Positions 1-11,887 of a stretch of DNA of 40,433 nucleotides are shown piece after piece (within the stretch, counting starts at the first letter, position 1; every line of letters begins with the position of its first letter). The notes beneath the pieces were generated by a model. That model had not been told where the DNA came from. It ran no database searches and was given only the letters and a program-made list of their open reading frames with translations. This DNA is from Macrostomum lignano. Taxonomy: Eukaryota. The position numbers and the translations under genes are program-made. Location: contig NIVC01004617.1 of NCBI GenBank assembly GCA_002269645.1, positions 1-40,433 of the forward strand, in the 5' to 3' direction.

Positions 1-638
1 AAATGGAAGAGTTATTTTAAAGTAGAAAAGATGAAAAAAGTTCATTTTAAGTGTAAATGTTAAGCTTTCTGGTTTTTGTAAGTTTGCAATTAAGCATTTG
101 AACAAATCTTTGCATGCATCAATTTGCCACTATAAATAATATCATAAAAAAGTAGAAAAATCAACTGAATTATTTACAAAAAAGGTCCAATACACAATTA
201 AAAAAGTCATTTATTGTCACAATGCAAAAAAGGTCATTTATTGTTGCCCGGCATAGTTTTGATAATGAGCATGCACTCAATTTTTTGGCATGCATTTGTA
301 ATTATTCAATTTTTGTTTAGGCATGTACCCAGCATGATTAAGACTATGGATATAAATTAATTCTTTCCTAAAATATCCATAACATAATGTTAAAATAACA
401 ATAACTTAAAGTTTAGAATAGGGAGGCCTACCATTTAGTATAGGCCAGCATAGATCTAAGTCCTAAGAATTTTGTGAAATTAAAATATAATTTATAAAAT
501 GTTGTATAATAATATATAGATTGCTTATTATTTCTCAAAAATATTTTGTAATTTATATAGTTTAAAAAAATTAAGCTATTAATTGTTTATCTCAATTAGC
601 TTTCAGATAATACTAGCAATCCAGTGTCCTACTTTAGC

Positions 639-1181
639 AGGCTACCAGTCACTTTGGTGACAGGACATTTTGGCGATGGACATTTTAGCAACAAGACATT
701 TTGGCAACAGTCACTTTTGTCTTTGGTGACAATGTAAGGCCATTTGGGCAAATTCTCCAGGTATATCAATTTAACAAAATAAAGATTTACAGCTACTGCT
801 TGCTTGATACTTAAATAGATTGATTACTTCAGTTTATTTTATTTTAATGACTTTTATTCAATTTTGAAACCAGTAAGTTTTTTAACTGTTTTAATGAAGT
901 GCATGGCTGACTTTTATTTTCATTTTACTTTTATAATAAAAATTATTATCTTTGTGACCTTTTTTATAGTTCATTTTACCTTTGAAAAAGTGAAATAGAA
1001 ATATAAATCATTTGTCAAATCAATACTTATTCCTAAATTTATATTGTAGGCTTTTTGCTAAAATTTCTCTTTCTTTGTCCCCAATATGGCAATAACTGTT
1101 GCCAAAAAATTTCTTTGTCCCAAAATTGTCACCAAAGTGTCCATTGCCAAAATCTCTTATTGCCAAAGTGACTGGTAGCCT
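639..1181. mobile_element. MITE-like non-autonomous DNA transposon (~543 bp)
   Basis: Perfect 19-bp terminal inverted repeat AGGCTACCAGTCACTTTGG (639-657) / CCAAAGTGACTGGTAGCCT (1163-1181). It extends inward as imperfect inverted subterminal GACATTTTGGCAA-type repeats for ~80-100 bp around an AT-rich non-coding interior. No clean TSD seen. Confidence 0.75.
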
Positions 1182-1382
1182 TTAAGAAGGGTGTCCAATA
1201 AGTAGGGAGCAAAATTATTCCTGTAAATAAGATCTCTTTAAAGGCTCTTTTGATCTCACTCTTTTTTATTAGGCTTACATATATTTTAAATTTTAAGAAA
1301 TTAAACTATGTATACTTTTATTAGTTTATTGGAAAAGTAACAAATTTCTTATATCTTACTAGGTAAGCATTAAAAGCATTGT

Positions 1383-1390
1383 ATATATTG

Positions 1391-1433
<43 letters not shown>

Positions 1434-1441
1434 CAATATAT
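1383..1441. repeat. (TA)20 microsatellite with 10-bp inverted flanks
   Basis: TA run at 1393-1432, flanked by ATATATTGCT (1383-1392) and AGCAATATAT (1432-1441). Confidence 0.9.
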
Positions 1442-1753
1442 GTATATATGGTGTATATATATATATATATACACCACTTTTTACACTAGAATCACACTTA
1501 AGTTGCAAATATATAAAAGTAGGTTATATGATATATATTTCATAAAATCGCAACTTTCATGTACGAGTATATTGGAAAAAATAATGGCTCAGAGATTCCA
1601 TATGCTGCATTTATACATGGTTGTCAATTGTCATTGTCTTTTAGTTCTAGACTCCATGATTCAGTAGTTATAATTTGTCATTTTTTACTGCTTGACTTTA
1701 TGAAATTTGTATAAAAATTGAAATAGAAATCACAGCATAGGCCTACTCGTAGC

Positions 1754-2261
1754 ATGAAAAGCAAACTCAAGTATTTCCCCTTAAATTTGCAGGCAAATTC
1801 ACCCCAGGACTCGCTGATTCTCGCAGCCTCAGCTGAGTCAGGCAGCGGCCTGGAAGCAGCCCGCCTGGCCCTGCTAGCTGGAGCCGATCCAAACCTGCCA
1901 GATGACCAGGGCATGACGCCGCTGCTGCATGCAGCCTTCAAAGCCCGCGCCGATCTGGTGGCTTTGTTAGTTGATACTGGCAAGGCCGATGTCAACTGGG
2001 ATGGTCACGAGCATGGCTACACCGCTTTGATGTTTGCCGCACTCAGCAATTCTGAGCCAACTGTACTCTCCCTGCTGCGTCGCGGCGCCCGGGCCTACAA
2101 AACAAACCGACTCGGCCGCACGGCATCCCAGATGGCCGCCTTTGTTGGGCACCACCGGATTGCTTCGCTAATTGGCAACTATTTTGAGCGTGAAGAGTTG
2201 GAGCATTATACACGTTGTCACGGTCTGGAGACTGAGCCGAAATTGCCGCCTCATTTGCTTG
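1754..2261 (+). CDS. ANKMY2: Ankyrin repeat and MYND domain-containing protein 2, coding exon 1 (ankyrin repeats)
   Basis: GMTPLLHAAFK, HEHGYTALMFAALS, NRLGRTASQMAAFVG and EPKLPP match ANKMY2 motifs as I recall them (GMTPLMHAAYK, HEHGYTALMFAALS, GRTAAQMAAFVG, EPKLPP). Donor G|GTGAGC at 2261/2262 (phase 1). The start is uncertain: ATG 1754, or acceptor TTTGCAG ending at 1792. Confidence 0.9.
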
Positions 2262-2302
2262 GTGAGCTTGATTCACGGTTTTTTATCGATTCTCTTCTGT
2301 TT

Positions 2303-2835
2303 GCATGAATGCAGTGCGTGATTTAAGGTCACTTGTCAATGCTCTTACTCTAAGCATGAATGCAGTGCTTGATTCAAGGTCACTTGTCAATGCTCTTACT
2401 CCAAGCATGAATGCAGGGCGTGATTCAAGGTCACTTGCCAATTCTCTTACTCCAAGCATGAATGCAGTGTGTGATTCAAGGTCACTTGCCAATGCTCTTA
2501 CTCCAGGCATGAATGCAGTGCGTGATTCAAGGTCACTTGCCAGTGCTCTTACTCTAAGCATGAATGCAGGGCGTGATTCAAGGTCGCTTTCCAATGCTCT
2601 TACTCCCAGCATGAATGCAGTGCGTGATTCAAGGTCACTTGTCAATGCTCTTACTCCCAGCATGAATGCAGTGCGTGATTCAAGGTCACTTGTCAATGCT
2701 CTTACTCCCAGCATGAATGCAGTGCGTGATTCAAGGTCACTTGTCAATGCTCTTACTCCAAGCATGAATGTATTGCTTGATTCAAGGTCATTTGCCAATG
2801 CTCTTACTCCAAGCATGAATGCAGTGCGCTATTCA
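2303..2835 (+). repeat. 51-bp minisatellite (~10.5 copies) in ANKMY2 intron 1
   Basis: Unit GCATGAATGCAGTGCGTGATTCAAGGTCACTTGTCAATGCTCTTACTCCCA. It explains the 17-aa-period ORFs on both strands. Confidence 0.95.
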
Positions 2836-2885
2836 AGCTTATTTTAAAGCTTTTCTCAACACTTAAACCCCAATATTTGCCCTAG

Positions 2886-3139
2886 AGGACACCTGGATGC
2901 TAGTTACTGACGTAAATCTGAACCCCGCTCACCTGTGCTACACGCTGGAATTGCGACCGGCTCTGCTGAATCCGGCTGTACCGCGCGTCCTCGAGCTGCT
3001 CTCCGAGTCTCAATGGAAGCGCCGCGATCTCAACGAAGTATTGAGTATAAAATTCTTTTACCTGGCAGTGGCTGTTCGACACCTGCTGGCTGAGTGGGAG
3101 CGCTGTCGAGTCGAGTCCGGAAAGGATGATGAACAAGTG
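2886..3139 (+). CDS. ANKMY2: ANKMY2 coding exon 2
   Basis: Acceptor CCTAG|AG completes the phase-1 codon GAG. Encodes DTWMLVTDVNLNP...KRRDLNEVLSIKFFY (cf. ANKMY2 TTNLHP...QRDMNEVLAMKMHY). Donor GTG|GTGAGC, phase 0. Confidence 0.88.
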
Positions 3140-3214
3140 GTGAGCTGATCTGATGGATGAGCTGATGAGGCTGAGGATGAGCCTACGCTCTTTATTTTAG
3201 TCCTGTGCTAATCA

Positions 3215-3756
3215 TAGTTCTACGATAAGCGCTACCATCCATAGTGTTCTACGATAAGCGCTGCTATCCATAGTGTTCTACGATAAGCGCTGCTATCCAT
3301 AGTGTTCTACGATAAGCGCTGCTATCCATAGTGTTCTACGATAAGCGCTGCTATCCATAGTGTTCTACGATAAGCGCTACTATCCATAGTGTTCTACGAT
3401 AAGCGCTACTATCCATAGTGTTCTACGATAAGCGCTACTATCCATAGTGTTCTACGATAAGCGCTGCTATCCATAGTGTTCTACGATAAGCGCTACTATC
3501 CATAGTGTTCTACGATAAGCGCTACTATCCATAGTGTTCTACGATAAGCGCTGCTATCCATAGTGTTCTACGATAAGCGCTGCTATCCATAGTGTTCTAC
3601 GATAAGCGCTGCTATCCATAGTGTTCTACGATAAGCGCTGCTATCCATAGTGTTCTACGATAAGCGCTACTATCCATAGTGTTCTACGATAAGCGCTGCT
3701 ATCCATAGTGTTCTACGATAAGCGCTGCTATCCATAGTGTTCTACGATAAGCGCTG
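3215..3756 (+). repeat. 29-bp minisatellite (~18 copies) in ANKMY2 intron 2
   Basis: Unit ATCCATAGTGTTCTACGATAAGCGCT(G/A)CT. Confidence 0.95.
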
Positions 3757-3811
3757 TCCTTCCTAGTTCTATGATAAGCGCAACGCGCGTTTAAAAATCG
3801 ATTCCTTCCAG

Positions 3812-4104
3812 TCGCTGGACCAAGCGCTGCGCCGACTGACTCAGCCAGTCGGACCGGCCCGGGCCGGCCGCGGTTCCGAAGAGCTGATCCGGCGCGTTCT
3901 TCGCGAGTATCCCTACACGGAGAGCAACCTGTTGCGTACTATGATTCGCAGTCTAGCGAGCAGCCGTCTTGGTTGTCGGCCGACAGCGGTTAGTGTGCTC
4001 AATGGAGCCGTCAACGGGCAGCAGTTCTTTGCTGATCAGGACGCTTGCGAAGTCTGCGATCAGTTTATTGGCTGTCGGCACTGCGCTGGCTGTCGAGTTG
4101 TCAA
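3812..4104 (+). CDS. ANKMY2: ANKMY2 coding exon 3 (first half of MYND finger); absent from the ORF track
   Basis: Acceptor TTCCAG|TCG (phase 0). Translates SLDQALRRLT...VLREYPYTESNLLRTMIRSL...PTAVSVLNGAVNGQ...ACEVCDQFIGCRHCAGCRVV (cf. RKFPYCEATLLQQLVRS, PTAFSVLTQAITGQ). Donor AA|GTGAGT, phase 2. Confidence 0.9.
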
Positions 4105-4169
4105 GTGAGTCTGAGAGCTAAAAAATACTTGTTACTTTATCCATCTCATAAAATAGCACGCATTATGTT

Positions 4170-5160
4170 ATGTGCGTGGTTCAAGGTCATCGGTCAGAAA
4201 GCTGATTAAATGGCATTCAGACGCGCGTCTTGTGCGTGATGCAAGGCTGTTTTGTTGAACGTTTTTCTTCAAGGTCATTTGCGGGTTGATGAAAGAAAAT
4301 CACGCATCCTATGCGTGATTAAAGGTCATTTGACAGAAAATAACCGATATATGCTTGTCTGAGAGTTTTTGTGAGTAATACTGCATATGAGTTATGTAAA
4401 AAAGTAACAATCTAGTAAGCAACGTACTCAACTTTTTGCATGGTTCAGATCATTCCATAGAAATCAACTGTATCACCTGACCTTGTGACTGAAGGCCTTT
4501 TCGTCACAAAACAAACTAGTAGATACGAGCATGCATTCTGCAAACGTGGTTCAAGGTCAGCGAGCAAAAAAACATGAATACACAGTCGATGCGAGATTTT
4601 AATGTGTCGTAAGAAATGTGTGATAACGAGGAAGGGCATGCATCCCGTTCGTGTTTCAAGGTCATTTGACGGAAAGTAACCATATCAATACGTGGTTCAA
4701 GGTCATTTGTCCAGGCGCGAACCATGTCACGCATTCGGTGCATGTTTAATTGTAACTTATCAACAAACGACTTCTGCGGAAAGAGACAGGCAAAAAGATC
4801 ATACCATACTCTCTGATCTTAGTTCAAGGTCGATCATCAAAATGCGCGCAAGAGCATGCATCCCGTTCGTGTTTCAAGGTCATTTGACAGAAATTAACCA
4901 CATCAGTACGTGATTCAAGGTCATTTGTCCGTGCGCAAACCATGTCACGCATTCTGTGCCTGTTTAGTTGTAATTTATCTACAAACCAGCCCGACGGAAA
5001 GAGAAAAGCAAAATGATCATACCAAACTCTCTGATGTTAGTTCAAGGTCATTTGACAGAAATTAACCATATCAGTACGTGATTCAAGGTCATTTGTCCAG
5101 GCGCGAACCATGTCACGCATTCGGTGCGTGTTCAATTAATTTTAAGTATCAACAAACGAG
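4170..5160 (+). repeat. Degenerate repeat region of ANKMY2 intron 3, including ~2.5 tandem copies of a ~170-220 bp unit
   Basis: GCATGCATCCCGTTCGTGTTTCAAGGTCATTTGAC recurs at 4636 and 4854. The block GTGATTCAAGGTCATTTGTCC...GAACCATGTCACGCATTC recurs near 4692, 4909 and 5078. Confidence 0.8.
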
Positions 5161-5196
5161 CCCCGCAACTTGCTGCTCATCGCCATCCAACCTCAG

Positions 5197-5617
5197 ATAC
5201 TGCGGATCCCGCTGTCAGCGCTTGAACTGGCCGGTGCACAAGCCCGAATGCGCCAAGCTCCGCCAGCAGCGACTCAAAGACGAAGCCAACAACGCGTCGG
5301 ACGCGGCCGAGGCTGCGGCGAAAGCTGAACTGGCCGCCAGCGAGGCGCGCTCCGAAGCCGACGCCGCTCGGGCCGCCGCTAAGGAGGCGCGGCAACGCGC
5401 AGACGAAGCGCGAGCGCTCGCCGAAGCGGCCGAATCCGAGGCGACCAGCGCTGAATCGGCGGCCGAAGCGGCCGAGGCCAAAGCGGAACGCGCTGAACGT
5501 GCGGCGGCTAAGGCGCGGTCGAAGGTGCCCAGCGGCGGCAAAGGCGGCGGCATCAAAGACGGCGGCGGGGATCGGGAAAGCGCCGAGTTAGCGGTCGAAC
5601 CGCAGGAGCAGGACTGA
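5197..5617 (+). CDS. ANKMY2: ANKMY2 coding exon 4 (second half of MYND, Ala/Glu-rich tail, stop)
   Basis: Acceptor CCTCAG|A completes AAA (K), then YCGSRCQRLNWPVHKPEC completes the MYND pattern. TGA ends at 5617. The four exons sum to 1476 nt (492 codons). Confidence 0.9.
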
Positions 5618-6387
5618 GACCAGCTGCTCCCGTGCTCACAGATAGCTACCTGGTATTTTAGCACCTGTTCCCTTGACACAGCTGTCAGACATTGTCCTGT
5701 GACAGCAGTTGTTGACGCGATGACGTTTATTTGTTTCTAATCCTAGTCTCACAGTCCAATCCATTTAGCTTGATTTTGTATTCTTCAATCCTATTAATTC
5801 CATTTGCGATTTCATATTTCATAAAGCTGATGTCGGCTTAGTCGGAAGAAATGGGGAAAACAGCTCGCAAGGTTAGCTTGATTGGCATCCTGGCGCAACG
5901 TCTTACTGAGCACTCACTCCGTCGCTGTACTTCAGTAAGCTATTTACTAATTAGTTTTGTTGCTATGTCGCCAGGTGCGTCATTAGCAACCTATAGTGTA
6001 CATGTATTGATAAATTAGTATTTGCTATCCTGACAGCTTTGCTTTTCAGATTCGAGTATTGACTTTTTGTTTGATATATGATTTCTGATTTGTTTTTGTA
6101 TTTGTTGTTTCATTATACACAGACTACAGGTATAGAGAATAGAAGAATAGATTTGTCTCCGGCTAGTGACCCAGGCTATGCTGACTGTTGTTTTTGATCA
6201 ATGTTAAAAAATTAAATTCTTAACTTGCTTTTGTCTTTCTGCATTTTAATACACCTACAGAGACTTTAGTATTTGTGATTTGCATCACGTGACCTGCGCC
6301 AGCCAATCAGAAGCACGGATTTGTCAGACAGATCATGCCGTTAGCTATATGCCTTAATGGGGCTGCGCCCGTTTATTGTATACACCG

Positions 6388-6672
6388 TTTGATTTGAGTG
6401 AATAGGTGCCATTTCATTTGAGTGAATTGGTGCCATTTGATTTGAGTGAATTAGTGCCATTTCATTTGAGTGAATTGGTGCCATTTGATTTGAGTGAATT
6501 GGTGCCATTTCATTTGAGTGAACCGGTGCCATTTGATTTGAGTGAATTGGTGCCATTTCATTTGAGTGAGGGGCGCCATTTCATTTGAGTGAGGGGCGCC
6601 ATTTCATTTGAGTGAGGGGCGCCATTTCATTTGAGTGAGGGCGCCATTTCATTTGAGTGAGGGGCGCCATTT
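6388..6672 (+). repeat. 24-bp minisatellite (~12 copies)
   Basis: Unit GAGTGAATTGGTGCCATTT(C/G)ATTT, drifting to GAGTGAGGGGCGCCATTTCATTT in the last 4-5 copies. Confidence 0.93.
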
Positions 6673-7724
6673 CTCCCTAATAAGAAGCATCTGTACGATT
6701 GAAGTTTCGGTGTCATAAAAAAGCCGCCTTGTGAAATAATGTTTGCGTTGGTGGGTATGTGCGATGATGGGCTCGTTACTCCCTTCCTCGAAGCTCTAGA
6801 ATGCTTAGAAGCTGGAATACCTCCTGTGCGGATCTGGACAAACTTCTTAGCTCGTCGCCTCTAAGCCTTGGGCAAAATTTGCGAATGAGTCATGGCGCTC
6901 TCAGCTACTCTCGCTAATTGCTGAAACTAATGAGGTGAGCAGTTTATTTTGCATTGATGAGGCACGCCCAGCTTCTTGCACTACACTACCCTCATTATGC
7001 ACGGCTTGTAAAACAGAAGGAGATCGGAGGTTTTCAGTTTAGTCGGGCATAAAACTCTAAATTACTGTTTCTGTAATTTAAGTAATAAATTAAGTAGTAT
7101 TGTAAGTAAAATGCTTAAATTAACTTCATGCAGGCACTGATATTAGAATAACTAGATAGGCCACTCAGGCATATATACTTAGCAAAACAGCTTTCTACTT
7201 TCAGTTCAGTAGCAATGAAGAATACGTAAGCTATTTTATCAAAATAAAGGCGGCTGAAATGACTTTAATAAGTTTAGAAGCCCAAGCTTGCAAGTTAATT
7301 AACCACTGAAATGTACATGGCAGATTTAGGCTGGAACAGCCGAGGAAGGTAATAAAAATTGGGTGGCGGGGCAGGGGTAGAGGTTCTGTGTGGAGTTTGA
7401 GGGTTTAAGCTTGGGGGGATAAAAGCCAATAAGTACATGTAAGCCTTGTATTTAAAATACATTAAAATGCTACAGTTTAACTTACTACTGAACTGAAAGT
7501 AGCTTGCACGCAAATGTGCTGAGTGGCACATCTATAGCTATTCTGGTATCTGTGCACGCAGTTTGTATGACCTATACGAGCGTACAATCAGTATTTCTTA
7601 AGGGAAAATGATTTTTAACGCAAAAATGCATCCTGGCCTAAGATATCAGATCCTCTGTGAGCTTTGGCTCAAAGCATCTGAGCAACTCCCACTCAGCAAT
7701 TCCCTCCCGTGAGCCTTGACATCT

Positions 7725-7781
7725 CAGCAATACCCCCGTGAGCCTTGACATCTCAGCAATACCCCGTGAGCCTTGACATCC
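7725..7781 (+). repeat. Short tandem triplication (~27-28 bp)
   Basis: CCGTGAGCCTTGACATC occurs three times, separated by TCAGCAATACCC(C). Confidence 0.8.
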
Positions 7782-8789
7782 TCCCATCTCGACAGTGCAT
7801 TTTTCAATGAAAACAGGGTTCGAGCAGCTGCATTCTACTTCAGCTATCTATGCTACTAACTTTCAGTCAGTCAGTAGTATTTACGAAATGTTTTATTATA
7901 CTCGTAGTTTTCATTCATTGTTCCCAGCATCCAGCTGATGAAGATTCAGATTTTCGTCTTTAGGAGGAGTCATTTGCTTGCAATCCCCCGCCCGCCTCCC
8001 AGCAGCCTCCGCAGGCCTAAAATTGCAATAAAGATATTTCAAACCGAAGATGCAGCCTGCAGCTCTCAGCAACAAAGGGCTGCATCAGATGTCGCCAGGG
8101 GGCTGGGGTTGGGGTATTAAAGCTGCCTAAATGCGGGAGAAATGAGAAAATGCATTTTTTTTCATAAAATTCCCAAATGGAGACAGACATCTTTGCCTCA
8201 TCCTCAGAGAGCCTGTTTAGCCCAGCCCCCATCCCAGAAAGCAGCAAGTGCAGGAGAAAAAGCAGCGTCATATTGCTTTTAGCGATCCCCACTTGTTAGC
8301 TCAGGTAGCTATAGCTATTGCTTGAGTCCTTTGGGCTCGGCCTGCATTCATTGCCCTGTCTGGCTTTTGCGATATTGCAACTTTGCGATGGCGAACGGGT
8401 CTGCCAGCCTCTCTGCACTGGGATCCTGCATGGAAGCCGGGATATTTTCCCCGAACCCATTTACTCTAATGCATGCGGCCCGCCTCCAGCGCTGCATCGG
8501 ATGCGCGCCCGTCAATTCTGCTTTAGTGCAGGCCAGCGCTCCACCTCAGCCTACCTGTGCTCTGGCCTCGGCTTATTCCCAAAAATACTTTCAATTTCCA
8601 TCCATTCCTGCCAGGCAATTTCTTGCATTCAAATCAACAAATTATCGGGTTTGGTTTCTTCGGGCGTGAGCGCCTGCTGAATTGTCAGGTGGAGCGGTCC
8701 TGAAGGCAGAAGGCGATCTCTGATGTAGTGCTGTGGGGCCACAGAAACTACTCACATGGCAAATCCTTTAGCTCACATTCAATGGCACA

Positions 8790-9368
8790 ACCTAGTTCAT
8801 GTAAACACTCTGTGGAGTACTCTAGTTCATGTAAACACTCTGTGGAGCACTCTATAGTTCATGTAAACACTCTGTGGAGCACTCTAGCTCAAACTCAACA
8901 GCACACTCTAGCTCACACCCAACAGCACACTTTAGTTCACACCCAACAGCACACTCTAGCTCACACCCAACAGCACACTCTAGTTCACACCCAACAGCAC
9001 ACTCTAGCTCACACCCAACAGCACACTTTAGTTCACACCCAACAGCACACTCTAGCTCACACCCAACAGCACACTCTAGTTCACACCCAACAGCACACTC
9101 TAGTTCACACCCAACAGCACACTCTAGTTCACACCCAACAGCACACTCTAGTTCACACCCAACAGCACACTCTAGTTCACACCCAACAGCACACTCTAGT
9201 TCACACACAACAGCACACTCTAGCTCAAACCCAACAGCACACTTTAGTTCACACCCAACAGCACACTCTAGTTCACACCCAACAGCACACTCTAGTTCAC
9301 ACCCAACAGCACACTCTAGCTCACACCCAACAGCACACTCTAGTTCACACCCAACAGCACACTCTAGA
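8790..9368 (+). repeat. Three copies of a ~30-bp unit followed by a related 24-bp minisatellite (~20 copies)
   Basis: CTAGTTCATGTAAACACTCTGTGGAGCACT x3, then CACACTCTAG(T/C)TCACACCCAACAG repeated. Both share CACTCTAG(T/C)TCA. Confidence 0.93.
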
Positions 9369-10080
9369 GTTGCATGAGTGCTTTCACATTTGGTTGACAG
9401 CAGCAAAACAACACACGGCTGTCAATCGCACCAAGACTGGCAAAATTGAGTCCGTCAATTTTATATATAGCAGTTTTTTTCATAATTACACTCGCACATG
9501 CCTGACACGTTTCTCAATTTGCACGGGGACAATTATCTGTGGTGGGAAACATGGCGTTATCACGCTGGGAGTTTGTACGCTTTTTACTAACTCATCCCAC
9601 CTGTTCTAAACGTACCATCGGCCCCATCACCCACCTCTCACTTTCTATCTATATTCATGCTCTTCCCACAACTCTTTTTGCGTCCTCTTTGGTTTCAGTA
9701 TCCCCCTGCAGCCCCCCCCCCAATTCAGTGTGACTGACATATTCAAGAGCTGAGAATGCGATATTAATGCTGAGTCAGAGTTGGCGGGTTCTGCTTACAG
9801 TTTCTGGGGGGGGGGCTAATGAGCACTCTGTGATGCATTATGACTCTGGTGTGGTTAATACCGTCTTATACAGGATGTATTGTTGATGTACTATGCATAT
9901 TATGTATAGCAATTAGGAAATCTGCCAGCTCCAATTCTGGCCAATTCGAACTGACTCGAACTGGATTAGTGATTGCTCGCCTGATCCAGGAATATGTGAC
10001 ACCAAATTTTGACTGATTGAGGGTGCAGGAGCAAGCAATTTTAAGTTCTATAATCCCTTTCGAGTACTTAGTTCGAATTC

Positions 10081-11540
10081 ATAGCTACCCAACCCGATAA
10101 TCCATAGCTACCCAACCCGATAATCCATAGCTACCCAACCCGATAATCCATAGCTACCCAACCCGATAATCCATAGCTACCCAACCCGATAATCCATAGC
10201 TACCCAACCCGATAATCCATAGCTACCACATCCGATAATCCATAGCTACCCAACCCGATAATCCATAGCTACCCAACCCGATAATCTATAGCTACCCAAC
10301 CCGATAATCCATAGCTACCCAACCCGATAATCCATAGCTAACCAACCCGATAATCCATAGCTACCCAACCCGATAATCCATAGCTACCCAACCCGATAAT
10401 CCATAGCTACCCAACCCGATAATCCATAGCTACCCAACCCGATAATCCATAGCTACCACATCCGATAATCCATAGCTACCCAACCCGATAATCCATAGCT
10501 AACCAACCCGATAATCTATAGCTACCCAACCCGATAATCCATAGCTACCCAACCCGATAATCCATAGCTAACCAACCCGATAATCCATAGCTACCCAACC
10601 CGATAATCCATAGCTAACCAACCCGATAATCCATAGCTAACCAACCCGATAATCCATAGCTACCCAACCCGATAATCCATAGCTAACCAACCCGATAATC
10701 CATAGCTACCCAACCGATAATCCATAGCTACCCAACCCGATAATCCATAGCTACCCAACCCGATAATCCATAGCTACCCAACCCGATAATCCATAGCTAC
10801 CCAACCCGATAATCCATAGCTACCCAACCCGATAATCCATAGCTACCCAACCCGATAATCCATAGCTACCCAACCCGATAATCCATAGCTACCCAACCCG
10901 ATAATCCATAGCTACCCAACCCGATAATCCATAGCTACCACATCCGATAATCCATAGCTACCCAACCCGATAATCCATAGCTACCCAACCCGATAATCCA
11001 TAGCTACCCAACCCGATAATCCATAGCTACCACATCCGATAATCCATAGCTACCCAACCCGATAATCTATAGCTACCCAACCCGATAATCCATAGCTACC
11101 CAACCCGATAATCCATAGCTAACCAACCCGATAATCCATAGCTACCCAACCCGATAATCCATAGCTACCCAACCCGATAATCCATAGCTACCCAACCCGA
11201 TAATCCATAGCTACCCAACCCGATAATCCATAGCTACCCAACCCGATAATCCATAGCTACCCAACCCGATAATCCATAGCTACCACATCCGATAATCCAT
11301 AGCTACCCAACCCGATAATCCATAGCTACCCAACCCGATAATCTATAGCTACCCAACCCGATAATCCATAGCTACCCAACCCGATAATCCATAGCTAACC
11401 AACCCGATAATCCATAGCTAACCAACCCGATAATCCATAGCTACCACATCCGATAATTCATAGCTACCCAACCCGATAATCCATAGCTACCCAACCCGAT
11501 AATCCATAGCTACCCAACCCGATACTCCATAGCTACCCAA
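10081..11540 (+). repeat. 23-bp minisatellite (~63 copies)
   Basis: Unit ATAGCTACCCAACCCGATAATCC with recurrent variants (CCACATCCG, CTAACCAA, ATCTATAG). Confidence 0.97.
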
Positions 11541-11887
11541 AGTTATCTGTAGAAAATGAAATATATTGCACGATAAATATCTGATACCGTCAGTGAACTT
11601 ATGGGGCTTGCATTTGACCAGAAAGTGTGACAGGCTGTCTGCACGGCTGTACATGTACACCAGCCCTGATCACCAGCCCCCCAGCTCTGCCATTCGCCAG
11701 GCGAACCGGCCTCCCCCCCCCAGCCGGCCAGCCACGATAGAAAATTGGCTGCAGCTGTTGGGCGTGTCTCTGGCTGGAATCGGAGCCAAAAATTCCACAC
11801 TCAGTTAAGCCGCTTTAATCCCACCACTCCGAATTCCCATTAACTGGCATTCTTATTTCCTGTTTTGGTTCTCTTCTTTTCAATAAA

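Noticed and set aside
2262-2308. ORF 1754-2308 as a complete single-exon gene
   Set aside because: Homology stops at EPKLPP. A GTGAGC donor at 2262 links in phase to downstream ANKMY2 exons.
5078-5196. 5' part of ORF 5078-5617 as coding
   Set aside because: It lies in the intron-3 repeat. The MYND pattern is completed only by splicing at 5197.
5177-5679. Minus-strand ORFs overlapping ANKMY2 exon 4 (also those at 1678-2276 and 24385-24703)
   Set aside because: They are antisense shadows of GC-rich coding exons.
8017-8292. Minus-strand ORF with a signal-peptide-like start (MTLLFLLHLLLSG)
   Set aside because: Short, no convincing donor or downstream exon, and no recognisable domain.
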